DNA of 64,000 bases, taken from NCBI RefSeq assembly GCF_000143415.4, contig NW_003314262.1:3606405-3670404 (forward strand), written 5' to 3'. This document shows positions 12,540-25,000 of the stretch, piece after piece. The DNA comes from Selaginella moellendorffii (lineage: Eukaryota > Plantae > Lycopodiophyta). Position 1 is the first letter of the stretch. Every line of letters starts with the position of its first letter. The notes beneath the pieces are model-generated. The model had not been told where the DNA came from. It saw only the letters and a list, made by a program, of their open reading frames with translations, and ran no database searches. A program made the position numbers and the translations under genes.

Positions 12540-13442
12540 CTAACAAAAAGTATTAGTTGCCCAAATAGGATTACTTTTTATAACTTTAGAAAATCTAGCT
12601 TGAACATTTTTATATAAAACTAAGTTGCAATCACTTTGTAAGGAAAGATAAGTATTCATTACACAATTAGGCTGGGCATTACAATATTTATTTGGTGACC
12701 ATAAAGCTTTTTTATCTTCAGAATAAAAAACTAAATTTCCATCATATTGCAAAATAAGATAACAATTTTTATTATGTTTTAATACAGACCATTTTACCTC
12801 ATTATAAATATAAAGCTCTAAATTACAGTTAGGATGTAAATAAAGGTATGCTTTTCTATTTTGAGAGATTATAAAATGATATGGTAATAGAACATTATAA
12901 ATAGTAGAACTAAATAATTTATCTGAATAAATTTGACAATGGTTTGAACCAATATTTTTAATTGATAAAATTTGTCTAGATCCTCCATCAGCTGGTATAT
13001 TCCTAATTATGTAATAAATACCATATATTCCTGATGTCAAAGCAATAAATCTAGATCCAAGATTTACAAGAGTGGAATGATTTTGTATTATTAAATTAAC
13101 TAATTCATGCCTTACTAAAGTAGTGTTTCTATCTTCACCAGAAGGGTTCGTAGAACAATATCTATAGCCGTTCCCTCTTTCAACACTAAAAAGCCATATC
13201 TGCATAACAACAGTTATATTACCATATATGTCATCTTCAATAATAATAGTACCAAATATGCCTTGGCCCAATGGCATAGTAGTACGAGGTGGAATTGCTC
13301 TATTTACCATTAAGAGTAAAAATGAAATAATTCTCTCTGTAGTATTTGCAAGTACAAGATGTGTATCTCCAGGTATAAAACCAATTTCAGCTGCATAAAC
13401 AAATTTAAAAAAGAAGAAAAAAAAAAAAAAACTTAAAGCCAT
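12540..13442 (-). CDS. Secreted protein, 300 aa, single exon: signal peptide + unassigned N-terminal domain + C-terminal GNA/bulb-type mannose-binding lectin domain
   Basis: Hydrophobic N-terminus; QxDxNxVxY motifs QYDGNLVFY and QSDCNLVLY plus degenerate HPNCNLELY; terminal WATNT; long open frame despite very AT-rich DNA. Confidence 0.85.
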   Translation of the reverse strand: MALSFFFFFFFFKFVYAAEIGFIPGDTHLVLANTTERIISFLLLMVNRAIPPRTTMPLGQGIFGTIIIEDDIYGNITVVMQIWLFSVERGNGYRYCSTNPSGEDRNTTLVRHELVNLIIQNHSTLVNLGSRFIALTSGIYGIYYIIRNIPADGGSRQILSIKNIGSNHCQIYSDKLFSSTIYNVLLPYHFIISQNRKAYLYLHPNCNLELYIYNEVKWSVLKHNKNCYLILQYDGNLVFYSEDKKALWSPNKYCNAQPNCVMNTYLSLQSDCNLVLYKNVQARFSKVIKSNPIWATNTFC

Positions 13443-13639
13443 AATTGTTTTTCTTATATGCTATATTTATAGTGTTATTTTATAATCTTCTTTGTTATTA
13501 TAAAAAGGATATTTTTCTCTTTTTTGAAAAGAATTTAACAAGAAAAGTATTTAAACCTTTTAGAATATTATCTTCTGCAATATGTGCAATATATACCAAT
13601 ATTACCAATATGTGATTGCATCTTTTATTACACATATAT

Positions 13640-14539
13640 TCTTTTGTTTTCAAATGCACACAAAATTATTATGCATACAATTATGTTTTGATTGTTATAA
13701 GAGCAATCTAAACATGATTGTGTGCAATGAAAATTTTCCATGGGACATGCCACATATGCACGGTGAAATAGAGTTTGCAGCACAAATGGAAGATGAACGT
13801 GAAAAGGGAGTGGCGGTGGAGGATCCTAGTGAAATAGAGATCATGTGCTAGATCCTGATGCACTAGTCAATGTTTAAGTCATTGCGGATGTATACAACAC
13901 AGCGTCAGCCACCACCGTGAGCAATGCACAGCCCCAAGGCTCCTCGAGCGCCCTTCCCGCACCCCGCGAACTTGCAATCTTTGGGAGCTTTGTTAGATCT
14001 GGCACCAGTCCTCATGTCGATGTCCAGGTCTGGATCATTCTCCGAGTGAGAGTGATATTCTTCCTGCTCCGGGAGAGATGCCTGAGTCTGTAGCAGGCCC
14101 GGCATGACGCCGCCGGCACTGATCCAGCGAGCCGACGACGATCCCTCGTCCACAACCTTCTTGATCCCCAGGAAGAGCCCACCATCCTTGTCCTGTAGAG
14201 AAGGTACTATGGATGCTGTGACAACTCGCTCCACCGCCAGGAGGATGATCGATCCTGCTCCAGCCGCCAGATCTTCCTCGCGGCCTTGGGCTGCTGCTGC
14301 TGCTGCTCGAGCCCAGACAATAACGGTCAACACATTTGCATGTGACACGTGTCGCCGGGCCTTCCTCTCTCGCCCCACGCGGTTTGGCCGCCTCCCATTG
14401 GCCGGGAGCAAACATCAGTGCGATTATTCGCTAACACGTGGTTAAAAAAATAACCCCTTTACAGTTACCCCCCATCGGACGGCTGCGATTGGCTGGATCC
14501 GGCGGCCCAGAAAGTTCGGCAACTCCTTATTGTGATAGA
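13640..14539 (-). mobile_element. Non-autonomous Helitron-like element H1 carrying a WRKY19/loricrin-like Cys-His repeat gene fragment (left boundary approximate)
   Basis: Minus-strand 5' end A|TCTATCACAATAAGGAG; ~190-bp head shared with 33340-33524; cargo at 13905-14330 encodes VVDEGSSSAR..GGVMPGLL and CKFAGCGKGARGALGLCIAHGGG. Confidence 0.65.
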
Positions 14540-14616
14540 TGCCTCCCCAAAAATGACAAGGTGGTGGTGTTGGTGCTATGTATATTGTTATTTGATTCCA
14601 GACGAGATAATCATAA

Positions 14617-14960
14617 AGAATGAGAACGCTTCCTGTCAGGAATAAGCATTAGACACCAATGAAACACGAGATTCCAACCTTTTGGAAGCGCTTCAAAGGC
14701 CACAATAGAGGAGAAAAATTCATAAACAACTCCAAGGCCTCAAAAATGCTCGGCAGAGCGTTTCTGACAACAGCAAGATCCTCAAAAAGCACACGATTAC
14801 AAATTACCTTCACTGCGGTGCAAACAGTGGACCACCGAAGCCTCAGCACTGTGAATTAAATGAGCTCAAACACCCCACTGTGAAACAACTAAGCACACCT
14901 TGAAAATAAAACGAGCTATCCGGAAGCGCCAAAATCAGAATGGAGGAACTCGAGTAGCAG
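14617..14960 (-). pseudogene. Relic of the HAK transporter 5' region
   Basis: Patches match 8303-8400 (gaatgagaacgct..., aaccttttggaagc) and 8980-9300 (aactccaaggc..., cctcaaaaagcacac..., atcagaatggagg). Confidence 0.75.
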
Positions 14961-15064
14961 CACCATATTTGCTTCTTGTTTACTGTGAAAGAAGCACCGA
15001 ACATAATTTCTGTAAGACATGCATAGAAGTAAGAAAGTAAGACACCTTCATACCTCGTAAAACG

Positions 15065-17188
15065 TCAGCGGGCTGAAAGCCGTGCCGGATTGGTCCTGGC
15101 CTTTTTGCGAGCCATATATCGTTCTCGAGCAGCGTCCACCGCTTCTTTGTTAGCTGGTTGAGTGACGGCACTTGCGGGCTTAGTCTCCGACGATTCGTCC
15201 AAATGCGTCCTTGACTCTTCTGGCAGCCTGCCACTCAAGCTTATGACGTCCAGGTCTTGAAGCTTCACCAGCGTCGGTTGAGCCCAGCGACCTTCAATGA
15301 CGCAAATCTTCTTGATATACGGCCGTGTCGTTGTTAGCAACTCGTGGTAAAGAATCCACTCGGGTAGCAGTCCGTCCGCATCAATTTCCATCTTGCAAGC
15401 TGAAGGATGAACTTGCACGAGGTGAGAGCTTTGTGCCAGAGTGCGGTACCCGTTGTGATTGGGCAGCCGATGAGCAAGCCTGTTCGCAAAGCCTTCGGCA
15501 AAAGCCTTGCGTAAGTTCTTGTACGCTGGATCTTTCCGCTTCCTGAAGTCACTTTTCCCTTGCATGATCAGGCTGAGCTGCTTCCGTATGTCCCTCGCGA
15601 ACTTCATCGCTCTTATCTGCAAACCGTGCTCTTTGCACCACTCGAAGTCGTAATCCACCCTTCTCCACTTCTCATAGATCTGTAGCAGCTGAATGTGATC
15701 GCCAAAACCGTCTCCTGTTGGCAAGTCCTGGTGAACAGCTGATTGTTCTTTCTTCTCCTTCTTTGGAGCTTGGTAAAACACCGAGTCGCAAGAGAGCATC
15801 GCAGCCAGTACTAGAGCGTCTTCCAGGCATCCGAGATCCTCCGCAGCAATCAAAGCTCTCGCTAGAGACGGTTCCAGCGGAAGCCCAGCCATCCGCTTGC
15901 CAAGGCTGGTAACGTCGCCTTTGCTGGTGATTGCGTCAATGAGATATAGCTGCCTCAAAGCATCCTCCAACGATGCCACCGACGGGGCATCCAGGTACTC
16001 GAAGTTCAGCACGTCGAGGTTTGGAATCTCCAGCGACTTGAGATGGAGGAGCGCCCCAGCTAGCGACGACCTCTGAATCTCCGGTACCGTCACGGCCGGA
16101 AAGTCTTGCTCGAAGTTGGAGCTCGAGTAGAGCCTGTAACATTTACCAGGACACGTCCGTCCTGCTCGACCAGCTCGCTGCGTTGCTTGAACCCTGCTTA
16201 TCTGAACGACGCACAAAGCGTCCATGCCCGTGGTCGGATTATACTGTCTCTGCTTCACGAAGCCTGGATCAATCACGTAGACAACACCGTCAACCGTGAG
16301 AGACGTCTCCGCGACATTTGTAGCAACGATGATCCTCCGGCAGTTGCTAGGAGCCGGGGTGAAAACCCGGGCCTGAAACTCCGGTGGAAGCGAAGCATGG
16401 AGAGGAAGAACAAGCGCGTCCATACACGAGCCTTCTTCCAGAGTCTGGACCCTGTGCTCCAGCTTGGCGATCACCTTCTCTATCTCCTCCTGGCCCGTCA
16501 TGAACACGAGGATATCACCCGGAGGCTCCTTGGCGTGGATCTCTATCGCGGTCTCCACCGCCGACTCCACGTAGCTCACTGGCTGCTCGGTGCTATACAT
16601 GATCTCCACCGGGAAGAGCTTCCCAGGGATGTTGACAACGGGGCAGCCACCGAAGAACTTGGAGATCTTGTGACCATCTAGAGTCGCCGAGGTAACGATC
16701 AGCTTGAGCTCGGGCTTTCTCAAGGCAACCAGGCGCTTGAGCAAGCCGAGAAGGATGTCGGTGTTGAGTGTTCTCTCGTGGGCTTCGTCCAAGATCACCA
16801 CCGAGTACTGGCTGAGCTCGATGTCGACTAGGAATTCCCGGAGAAGGCAGCCGTCCGTGAGATACTTGATGAAGGTCCTGCTCGACGTCCTGTTCTCGAA
16901 GCGAATGGCGTATCCCACTTCCTCGCCCAGCGTCACTCCCATCTCGTGAGCGACGCGCCGAGCGACGGACACGGCCGCCACGCGCCGGGGCTGCGTGATG
17001 GCGATGCATTTGCCGTCGGCTGTGAACCCTGCATCGTGGAGGATTTGCGAAAGCTGCGTCGTCTTACCGGATCCCGTCTCGCCGATCACGACCGTGACGC
17101 TGTTGTCGCGCACAGCGCTCACGATGCACTCCGATTCGCGCCGGATCGGGAGCTCCGCCATCGCTCCCTCTCCAAGAACCCTAGACAT
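15065..17188 (-). CDS. DEAH-box RNA helicase (plant DEAH4 / DHX40-like), intronless, 707 aa
   Basis: Motifs GETGSGKTT, TQPRRVAA, DEAH, SAT, TNVAETSLT, QRAGRAGR; HA2 and OB regions; C-terminal AARERYMARK. Confidence 0.95.
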   Translation of the reverse strand: MSRVLGEGAMAELPIRRESECIVSAVRDNSVTVVIGETGSGKTTQLSQILHDAGFTADGKCIAITQPRRVAAVSVARRVAHEMGVTLGEEVGYAIRFENRTSSRTFIKYLTDGCLLREFLVDIELSQYSVVILDEAHERTLNTDILLGLLKRLVALRKPELKLIVTSATLDGHKISKFFGGCPVVNIPGKLFPVEIMYSTEQPVSYVESAVETAIEIHAKEPPGDILVFMTGQEEIEKVIAKLEHRVQTLEEGSCMDALVLPLHASLPPEFQARVFTPAPSNCRRIIVATNVAETSLTVDGVVYVIDPGFVKQRQYNPTTGMDALCVVQISRVQATQRAGRAGRTCPGKCYRLYSSSNFEQDFPAVTVPEIQRSSLAGALLHLKSLEIPNLDVLNFEYLDAPSVASLEDALRQLYLIDAITSKGDVTSLGKRMAGLPLEPSLARALIAAEDLGCLEDALVLAAMLSCDSVFYQAPKKEKKEQSAVHQDLPTGDGFGDHIQLLQIYEKWRRVDYDFEWCKEHGLQIRAMKFARDIRKQLSLIMQGKSDFRKRKDPAYKNLRKAFAEGFANRLAHRLPNHNGYRTLAQSSHLVQVHPSACKMEIDADGLLPEWILYHELLTTTRPYIKKICVIEGRWAQPTLVKLQDLDVISLSGRLPEESRTHLDESSETKPASAVTQPANKEAVDAARERYMARKKARTNPARLSAR

Positions 17189-17282
17189 GCTGAAAACCTA
17201 AATAATAATCCCCCGCCAATATGAGTTTAAACTCTTGGTTTCTTCTCCGAATAATTTAATTTGCGCGAATCCATCGTGGCCG

Positions 17283-17456
17283 ATCATCATTCCACTCACT
17301 GCAAAGAACGTTGCCGCAGCTGCGGAAATCACCTTTGCTTACAGATCAAGGTGAGTTTAGGGAGTTTAGTTCTTGGCTACTCTACTGCATGGACCAATTT
17401 GAGACCAAATGGGAGCTTTTGGTGACGCACACTTTGAAGGGCACATGTTGAGCAAT
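17283..17456 (+). pseudogene. GH3 relic
   Basis: atcattccactcactgc...gcttacaga..aaggtga and tcttggct...tactgcatgga.caa...gagaccaa match 10871-11060. Confidence 0.75.
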
Positions 17457-18635
17457 TCAGCAACGATAATACCTTTTTTTAAAATTTAAAATCTATCACA
17501 AAATTCGAATATACACAGAGAAACAAAAAATACAAAAATCTCAGGAATACTTACTTAAATGTAGTGAAAACAAGCAATTCAGCATTCTCAAGCACCAATG
17601 GGCAAGTGAGTGTTGATAACTTCAACTTCAGAATGAGATATTAATAGCCTTCAACAATTTAGATAACCTAGGGGGATGACTTTCAAATAGCTAAACAACC
17701 TACGGGTAGATGACTTTCAAACCAGCACTTTCTTTGTTTTCTTTTTTTATTTTTAAGTGTTCTTATAGCATATCTTTCAACACTAGAATTATTAATCAAA
17801 CATTTAATGGAGTCAATAAAATGGTGGGTTGTAGTATATTAACAACCTCAAACAACTACATCATTTCAATAGTTACAAATTTAAATCAGTAGAAACTTTT
17901 GCTCACTAAAGCAAAGGATAACAAGATAATAATATATGTGAGGCATCTTATGAATATGCTTAAATATATCTTAACACTTTTAACAGATAATATTTTCTGA
18001 AGTAAATACAAATAAAGTATACCTGAAGTACCATATGTAACTTATGTAGAATATCACAAAAAATCATATAAATATAACTATTTTTAATGATAAAAAAGTT
18101 AAACTAGCCAAATTTTATAAATATATATTATTTTAAATTTTTTAAAATAAATTTAAAAACACTTTTTAAAGGAAGATATACAAAATTAGGTTGGCATTTA
18201 CAATATATGTTTAGTGATTATAATATATTATTAAAACATAAAATTAAAACTTTTTATGTTACAAAATAATATAATAATTATGATAATTAACACATTTATT
18301 TCAATGTATAGATGTATGTTTTCTCATTTACCAAGCTATAAAGTTATAAAACAATAAAGTGATATAACAAAAAAATATATTTTTCTATTTGGTTGAAGTG
18401 ACATACACTAAGTATATTCTTGGACTATTTTTAAAACAACTCAACAAATGAATTAAATAAAAATTAAAGTGTTTTAGATGCAAGTAAGCTAAGTTATAGG
18501 CAAGAGTCATGCAAAATGCAAATATAATCAATAATTTGTTATATCTGTAATTAAATAATATATACCATAATTTCTTATATCAAAATATAAAATATAAAAT
18601 ATGTTTTTTACTTTTACATACATATTATAACAATC

Positions 18636-18640
<5 letters not shown>

Positions 18641-18716
<76 letters not shown>
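18641..18716. repeat. (TA)n microsatellite flanked by the inverted repeat CAATCACA...TGTGATTG
   Basis: Seen directly. Confidence 0.95.
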
Positions 18717-18720
<4 letters not shown>

Positions 18721-20274
18721 ATTGATAGAAAAGAGAATAAATATATTAATTAAAGTTTAGATCACTGTTTATATACAAAAATAGATATATTATATTCAAT
18801 TCACACTTATTATGCTTTTCATCATAATTTATATTGTTCATTCTTGCTCCACTACCATATTTATTCATCCTTACTTTATTATCAAGGCTAAACTTTCATC
18901 CATCCTTTCTACCCCTTTCTTTAAAGAAAAAAAATATTTAAAATGTTAAAGTAAAGTGAGATAAATTGAAAAAAAATATTGTGAAAGAATAAAAAGGGAT
19001 AAATAAAAACTAAAAGAAGAATTTTCAATTTTCAAGGTAAAAATGAAGAAATAATAAGAAGAAAATATGTTTAAAGCTTGAAAAATAAAGGATCTCTTAG
19101 TATAAAATACTTCAGTCATCACAAGATAAAGAAAAAATTCATACCACTCAATCTTCTCAACACACAATTCAATATTTGAAATGAGAAAATTAATGGAAAA
19201 TACCAAACTCTTAAAGGAACACATAATATATTTAGTAGCCACAATAAAATAAATTTTTTTAATGGCATTTATAACTAGAGACATACACTCAGCTTGAAAC
19301 TTTAACAAAAGTGATTTAACCTTTGGAATAGAGGAAAATATTTAATACAAAATCTAATAAAAAATTTAACAAAACAAAAGTAAGATTTTAGCTTCATACA
19401 TTCATTCAATATCTAGATTAGTATGAGGAGGAGACAAAACATTAAATTTAATACAAGATTAAGAATCATAAGAATCACAAATGATCTATGTGTTAAGAGA
19501 AGAAAATACTGCAAATGAGGAAACAAAACTAAAAACATGACAAAAATAAAAAAAAGAATGAAAGAGAAGAAAGTAAAAAAAGGATTAAATGGCAAATTGA
19601 AGGACTTACACTTATTCTAAACTACTCATTACAATTTAAAAACCACTCAATCTTGTATACATCATCTTCCTATAAACTTCATTTTTGAATATTCTTTAGA
19701 ACTTGAATTATATCATCTATAACTCTCCAATTGATGTCACAATCATGCTCCATATTAATGAAAGATAATAAAATATTAAAAATACAAGGCACTATTGTCC
19801 CATAAATGTTGGAAATGACAATCCACTAAGGATGGACACAACACTAATATGATCACACCTTACAACACCAAAAGCTCAATCCAATAGAATAATATTAATA
19901 GCCTTAAGTGACATACTCTTTTATCAATGATGGCATTGGATAATGGAAAAAAGAAATGTAATCAAGATCAAATTGAAAAACAAAGTTAAGTATAATAATA
20001 ACTAAAATTCTACATTTAGCAAAATGCTAATATAAATTTAGATATAAAAGAGAGTGAAGGATTAAAACAAAAACATGATCTTGAATATTAGAGTAAAACA
20101 CTATAAAAGACTTTACTTTCTAATGATAAATTGCAATACTCCTCATTTCCACTAATTTGAGTGGTTGGATAAATATATTAACTAGCTTGCCTAGATACAA
20201 GAATGGATGGACTTGATTCACTAAATTTACTCCCAAATGAATGATTCATATGTTATAATATTATAATTATATAT

Positions 20275-20305
<31 letters not shown>

Positions 20306-20947
20306 GATACATATAACTAATACTAAAATAACTGAGCTTTGTGGGCCGCCAGATTTGGCCAATCAGCACCATTGAATGTGGGGCAACTTAGTAAATATTA
20401 TTTTTTTACTGCACATCTTTTGGGAAATATTTTTGCAAGGTTTCGTAGTGCACAGCTCAGCCCAAGTTGGGGGAGGAGATGTTAGTAACACCTGCTTGTT
20501 TGCACAGCCCAAACTCTCTTTTTACCACAGCTCCTCCCAATTGCGAAATTTTGAGCAAAAGCAAGAGAGTATCTAGTGCCAAAGATAGAGGCCTAAGTGC
20601 TCAAGCATGGGGATGTTAGTGGTAGTTAATGGCCACCTAGTGCTAGCGATGGAGGCCCAAGAGCTCCATGGTTTGTGGATGAGCATGTCAAGTCTGCCAT
20701 GCTTAGCTCATGCATATGCTATCTTATCTATTCATTTTGCAAAAGTTCTTGCTTCCTATTAGCACTCAGTTCTCTAGTGAGTGTTTATCATTTGAATTCA
20801 TGGGCACAAATCAGGGAGATTGGATGCTGGAGCAGAGAATTGCAAGCCATGGACAATAGGTGACAAAAAATGTTACTTGCTGTGGGTTTGTGGCCCTTTT
20901 GCATTGCTTATCAATTTGTTTTGGCTCCTGGAAAACTCCTTATGCAA

Positions 20948-21207
20948 TGGGCACAAGAACAAGAGCTCTTAGGGTTCCAATAGAGTATATTTGTTGAGTC
21001 TATTGGTGATTGTGCAGCAGATGTTGCTCAGGTGGTTGAAACCTTTGGGCCAAGAATTACCTCAATTAGCTAATATAATTAGATGCCACTTAGCCTGTGG
21101 GCACAAGAACAAGAGGTCTTGTGGTTCTTGTAGGGCATGGCTACCGAGTCTATTGGTGATTATGCAGTAGATGTTGCTTAGGTGGTGAAACCATTGAGCC
21201 AAGAATA
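20948..21207. repeat. Diverged two-copy tandem repeat, period ~150 bp, downstream of a plus-strand Helitron-head-like sequence (~20335-20390)
   Basis: tgggcacaagaacaagag...gagtctattggtgat...gccaagaat occurs twice; ctttgtgggccgcc.gat...gccaatc resembles the H1 head. Confidence 0.7.
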
Positions 21208-22031
21208 TCATTTCCTAGAGATAAACAAGCTTGGATACTATGATTAAAATTCATTTTGATTTAAATTACAATCATATAACTAAGTAGCTTATCATACATT
21301 TTTCTTCTTTATGTATATGTTTGGTTGATAGATAGAGTTTCTCCTCACCAATTGATAAGGCAATTCTTTATTTGTACTGATCTATTAAGATTGAGCAATT
21401 ACATCAATTCCATATAAATCCCTCTTTATAGGCATGAGACTTACATTTTAGACATAAGGTTCAGCTCAACTTCTGGGTTAGCTTAGTCTTTTGCTGCTCT
21501 TGACAAAACTCATCACGCTCCCTTTACAATCGAGTGGCTAGCTGGCAGCTCCTCTTAGCCTGGAGATCACTGGCTGCCATGGCTCCAGCATTGTGTCACA
21601 CAGGCATTCCAATGCCGTATGGGAGAGAATACCTGCATTGAAAAAAAGAGTGAATCCCTGTGTTGATTGATGCAGATTGTAAGAAAGTTCATAATGGGAG
21701 AAAGCCAATGGCTGATCGATCTCAAACCTTTCCCAGAGAAAGCTTCAGACTCTGTTGAATGAGCTCAAACAAGCCTCAAGTTTCCATTTGAATCAACCAA
21801 GAGATCGTAGCTCAGGTTTCTTCCGTGCAAGCTACTGGCTTTTCTAAGGCTCTTTACATCTTGGAGTGTTTTCCTATTAACAGCATATAGACAGATATAT
21901 ATTGTAACACTGGGAAGAGAACTGTCGACTCACGATGCACTCGGATTCCCGCCGCATCGGAAGCTCCGCCTTAAAATATCTCCCGCCAATCTAAGTTTAA
22001 ACTTTACAAGGGTCTAATTTTGAGATCTACT

Positions 22032-25000
22032 TTACAAGAGCTTGGGACGCTTGAACGGCGAACTTTCGACTGGCTTGCCATCTCCAAGCGATAATTTTCG
22101 CGAAACATCACTTGAATCCATTGCTGCCGAAGTTCCTGGCTTGTCTTTCTCATATTGCTCGGACAGATTTCTCGAGCATGGTCGCAAGTAGTTGTTTATA
22201 GTTCTCTGCCGGTGCTGCAGAGGCGAAGCCACGCGCATCGTTTCGTCTCGACCATTTAGCACCTGGCGAAGGAAAATAACTGTAGGATTGCAAACAAAAA
22301 CTAAGCAGCGATGGAAGATCACATACCTGACCAAGGTTCCCAAGTTTGCGATGAATTGTTTCCCTGTCCCATCACACGTCCATCAGAAAAAGCATTCTAA
22401 AAAACAAGCAAAGTAGTACCAGATAAAATCGTCTATAGTATCTGGGGCGTGGAGGTAATAAATATTCACAGATGACCTCTGCGGGCAACATAGAAACGCT
22501 TGATAAAGCTAAGATGGATATTACCTGACCAATACGGTGCGCACGGTCTTCCGCCTGAATCAAATCTCCAGGCGTCCAAGACATCTCGGCAAAGATGACG
22601 GTACTGGCGCTAGTTAAAGTGAGACCAAGGCCGGCGGCCCGTATGCTTAGCTGCAAATCATAGCATTTTAGCCGGCAAATTTTTGCGATAGCTACATACC
22701 ACAGCCGCTCTCACTTTCTCGTTGTTTTGAAACTTGTCCACCATACTTTGACGAATCACAGGTGATGTGTCTCCGTCTATCCTAATAAACTCCACATTTT
22801 TTTTCTGTGTTGGAAAAAGGCATAAGTAATTGTTTGAAAATGTTTTGCAAATGAACCTTTAAGTGTTCGTCGATGCCGTTCACCATAGTATGGTGGTGAG
22901 CAAAAACAAGAAACTTACAATTCGTCTGGAAAACAAACATGTCAATAGCCTCAACTTGGGAAAGCTTGCAGGTACCTCGAGCATCGTGGATAAGTAATCT
23001 TGAACAGCAGGAACCTTTACAACAGCTGATTCCGCATATATCTAGCAGATAGATAAACGTAAGACTTAGAACTTTAGAATCTCCCTCCGCATACCTTAGT
23101 GATTAGAACCTTCTCCTCCCTCTTCAATTTCTCAGTCTCGCTTTCCGTCGAATTTTGCATTTTTTCCCGGATACTTTTCAGCTGCAACAAAAGAAAAACA
23201 AAAAGAAGAAAAAGGAAAATGACATAATTGTCAACAACGTAAAAAAAAAAGAAAAGAAAAACAAAACGTACCTCGTTAATGAGAGCACGAAGTTGTCTAG
23301 TGCTTTTCATGTCCAAGGACAGAAAAACCTGCAAGGCTTTCAAGAACACAAGCTAATCAAATTAATAAACTTACCTGCTCGCGACATTTTTCAGGAAGTT
23401 CAGAAAGAACATCATTCTTAAGCCTCCGTATCATAACGGTACTCTTGAGCAGCGCATGAAGCTCTTCACGATTGCTTGCCCCTTGATATATGCCAAAATG
23501 ACTCTGAAAGACAGAATAGTGAATGCTATGAGCTAGAAAACAATGCCTCGTTACCCCGCTGCAGTATCGCTGCCCGTACTCGTGAAAGTCACTATAAACA
23601 CTTGGTTGAAGCGCCTCTAGCTGTTAGTTTGCACTCCTGAATTTTCATGACGTAAAACTATGTGAAGTCAAACCTGCTTAAATAGCTCGACTGGCCTAGA
23701 CAGAGCAGGAGTGCCTGTCAAAAGCACTGCATACTTCGCTTTCTGGCAAGCGATACTCTCAGCGAAAGAAGATGAGAAACTTACGTACTTGGATAATAGG
23801 AACACAGGCGTTGGTACGCTTGGCTTGAGCGTTTTTTATGTAGTGAGACTCGTCTGCAATAACAACCTAGGAGGGAAAAAGAAAATGATAATAATGCATA
23901 TTCATCCCACCTTGAAGTTGTTATCCACAGGCAATTTTGACACCATGTCATACGAAATGATATTAAATAATCCACCCAGCTGCAGCACTTTTTTCCCTTG
24001 AGAGTGCGCGATAGTGTATCCCTGACTTGATCCGGTCCCTTGACTCAAAACGATCTATCTCGCATGAAATATGGAACCGTCTACGGATAGAACGATTGAA
24101 AAAAAAACATACCGTTATGTCGCAAGAACGAATTTCCAGCCACGTTTTAAGCATCTGCAGCAAAAAGAAACATAGCAAGAAAAAGAAAATAAAAAGGGGT
24201 AAGAAAAACAAAACTTTCTTGTAACATTAAGAAAACTTAACAGTAGCCCAGTGTATCCGCAATGACGACGGAACAATCACCAAAACCGGCCAGTAGTCCC
24301 TCAAGCAAGACACTACAGCTATTGCCTGGACAAAAATGTCGTTCAAAAGCTGTTACCGTTGTTTACATACATACCTGAACACTTTTCCCAAGCCCCATTT
24401 CGTCGGCAATCAAAGCTCGTCCGCCATGGTGCAACGCGAACTGCACTCCCTCCTGCTGAAAGGGCATAAGGCTTGATTCTAGGTGGCCAGGAATGTTCTT
24501 ATAATAACCTGTAAGACATAGAAAAACCATCAGTTTCAGAACATCTCTGAAGGGTTTACCAATAAGATCAGAAACATCTCGCTGAAAATCTAAAGCACGC
24601 CGCACTAATGGTCCAAAAGCTTCTATCTGTAAAAACGAGTAGCTAATATATCCAACTGTTATTCGACCTTACTTCACAAGGTACTTCTGCAAAAGCTTTT
24701 TCTGCATCGGACAAAGAACAAGGGGGAAACATCCACAGCCTGAAAGCATAAATAACAATAAGAAAATATGAATACGTTCATCCCACCGTTCTCTGTAGTT
24801 CCAAAATGCTTTTGAGATGGACTTCAAAACCGATATCAGTTTCTGTAAATGGATGGAAAACATCACAGAATATGTCTGAAAAAAAGCTGTACCTGAGATG
24901 GTTCGCATTTGACAGCAATAAGGCCAGTGCTATGAAGAAACAACTTCACAAATTGCTTAGATAAGTTATCAGATGTAGGCGGCAGTTTCTCGGGGACAGC

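Noticed and set aside
21480-21960. Possible small spliced minus-strand gene downstream of the SNF2 gene
   Set aside because: Only short ORFs and ambiguous splice signals
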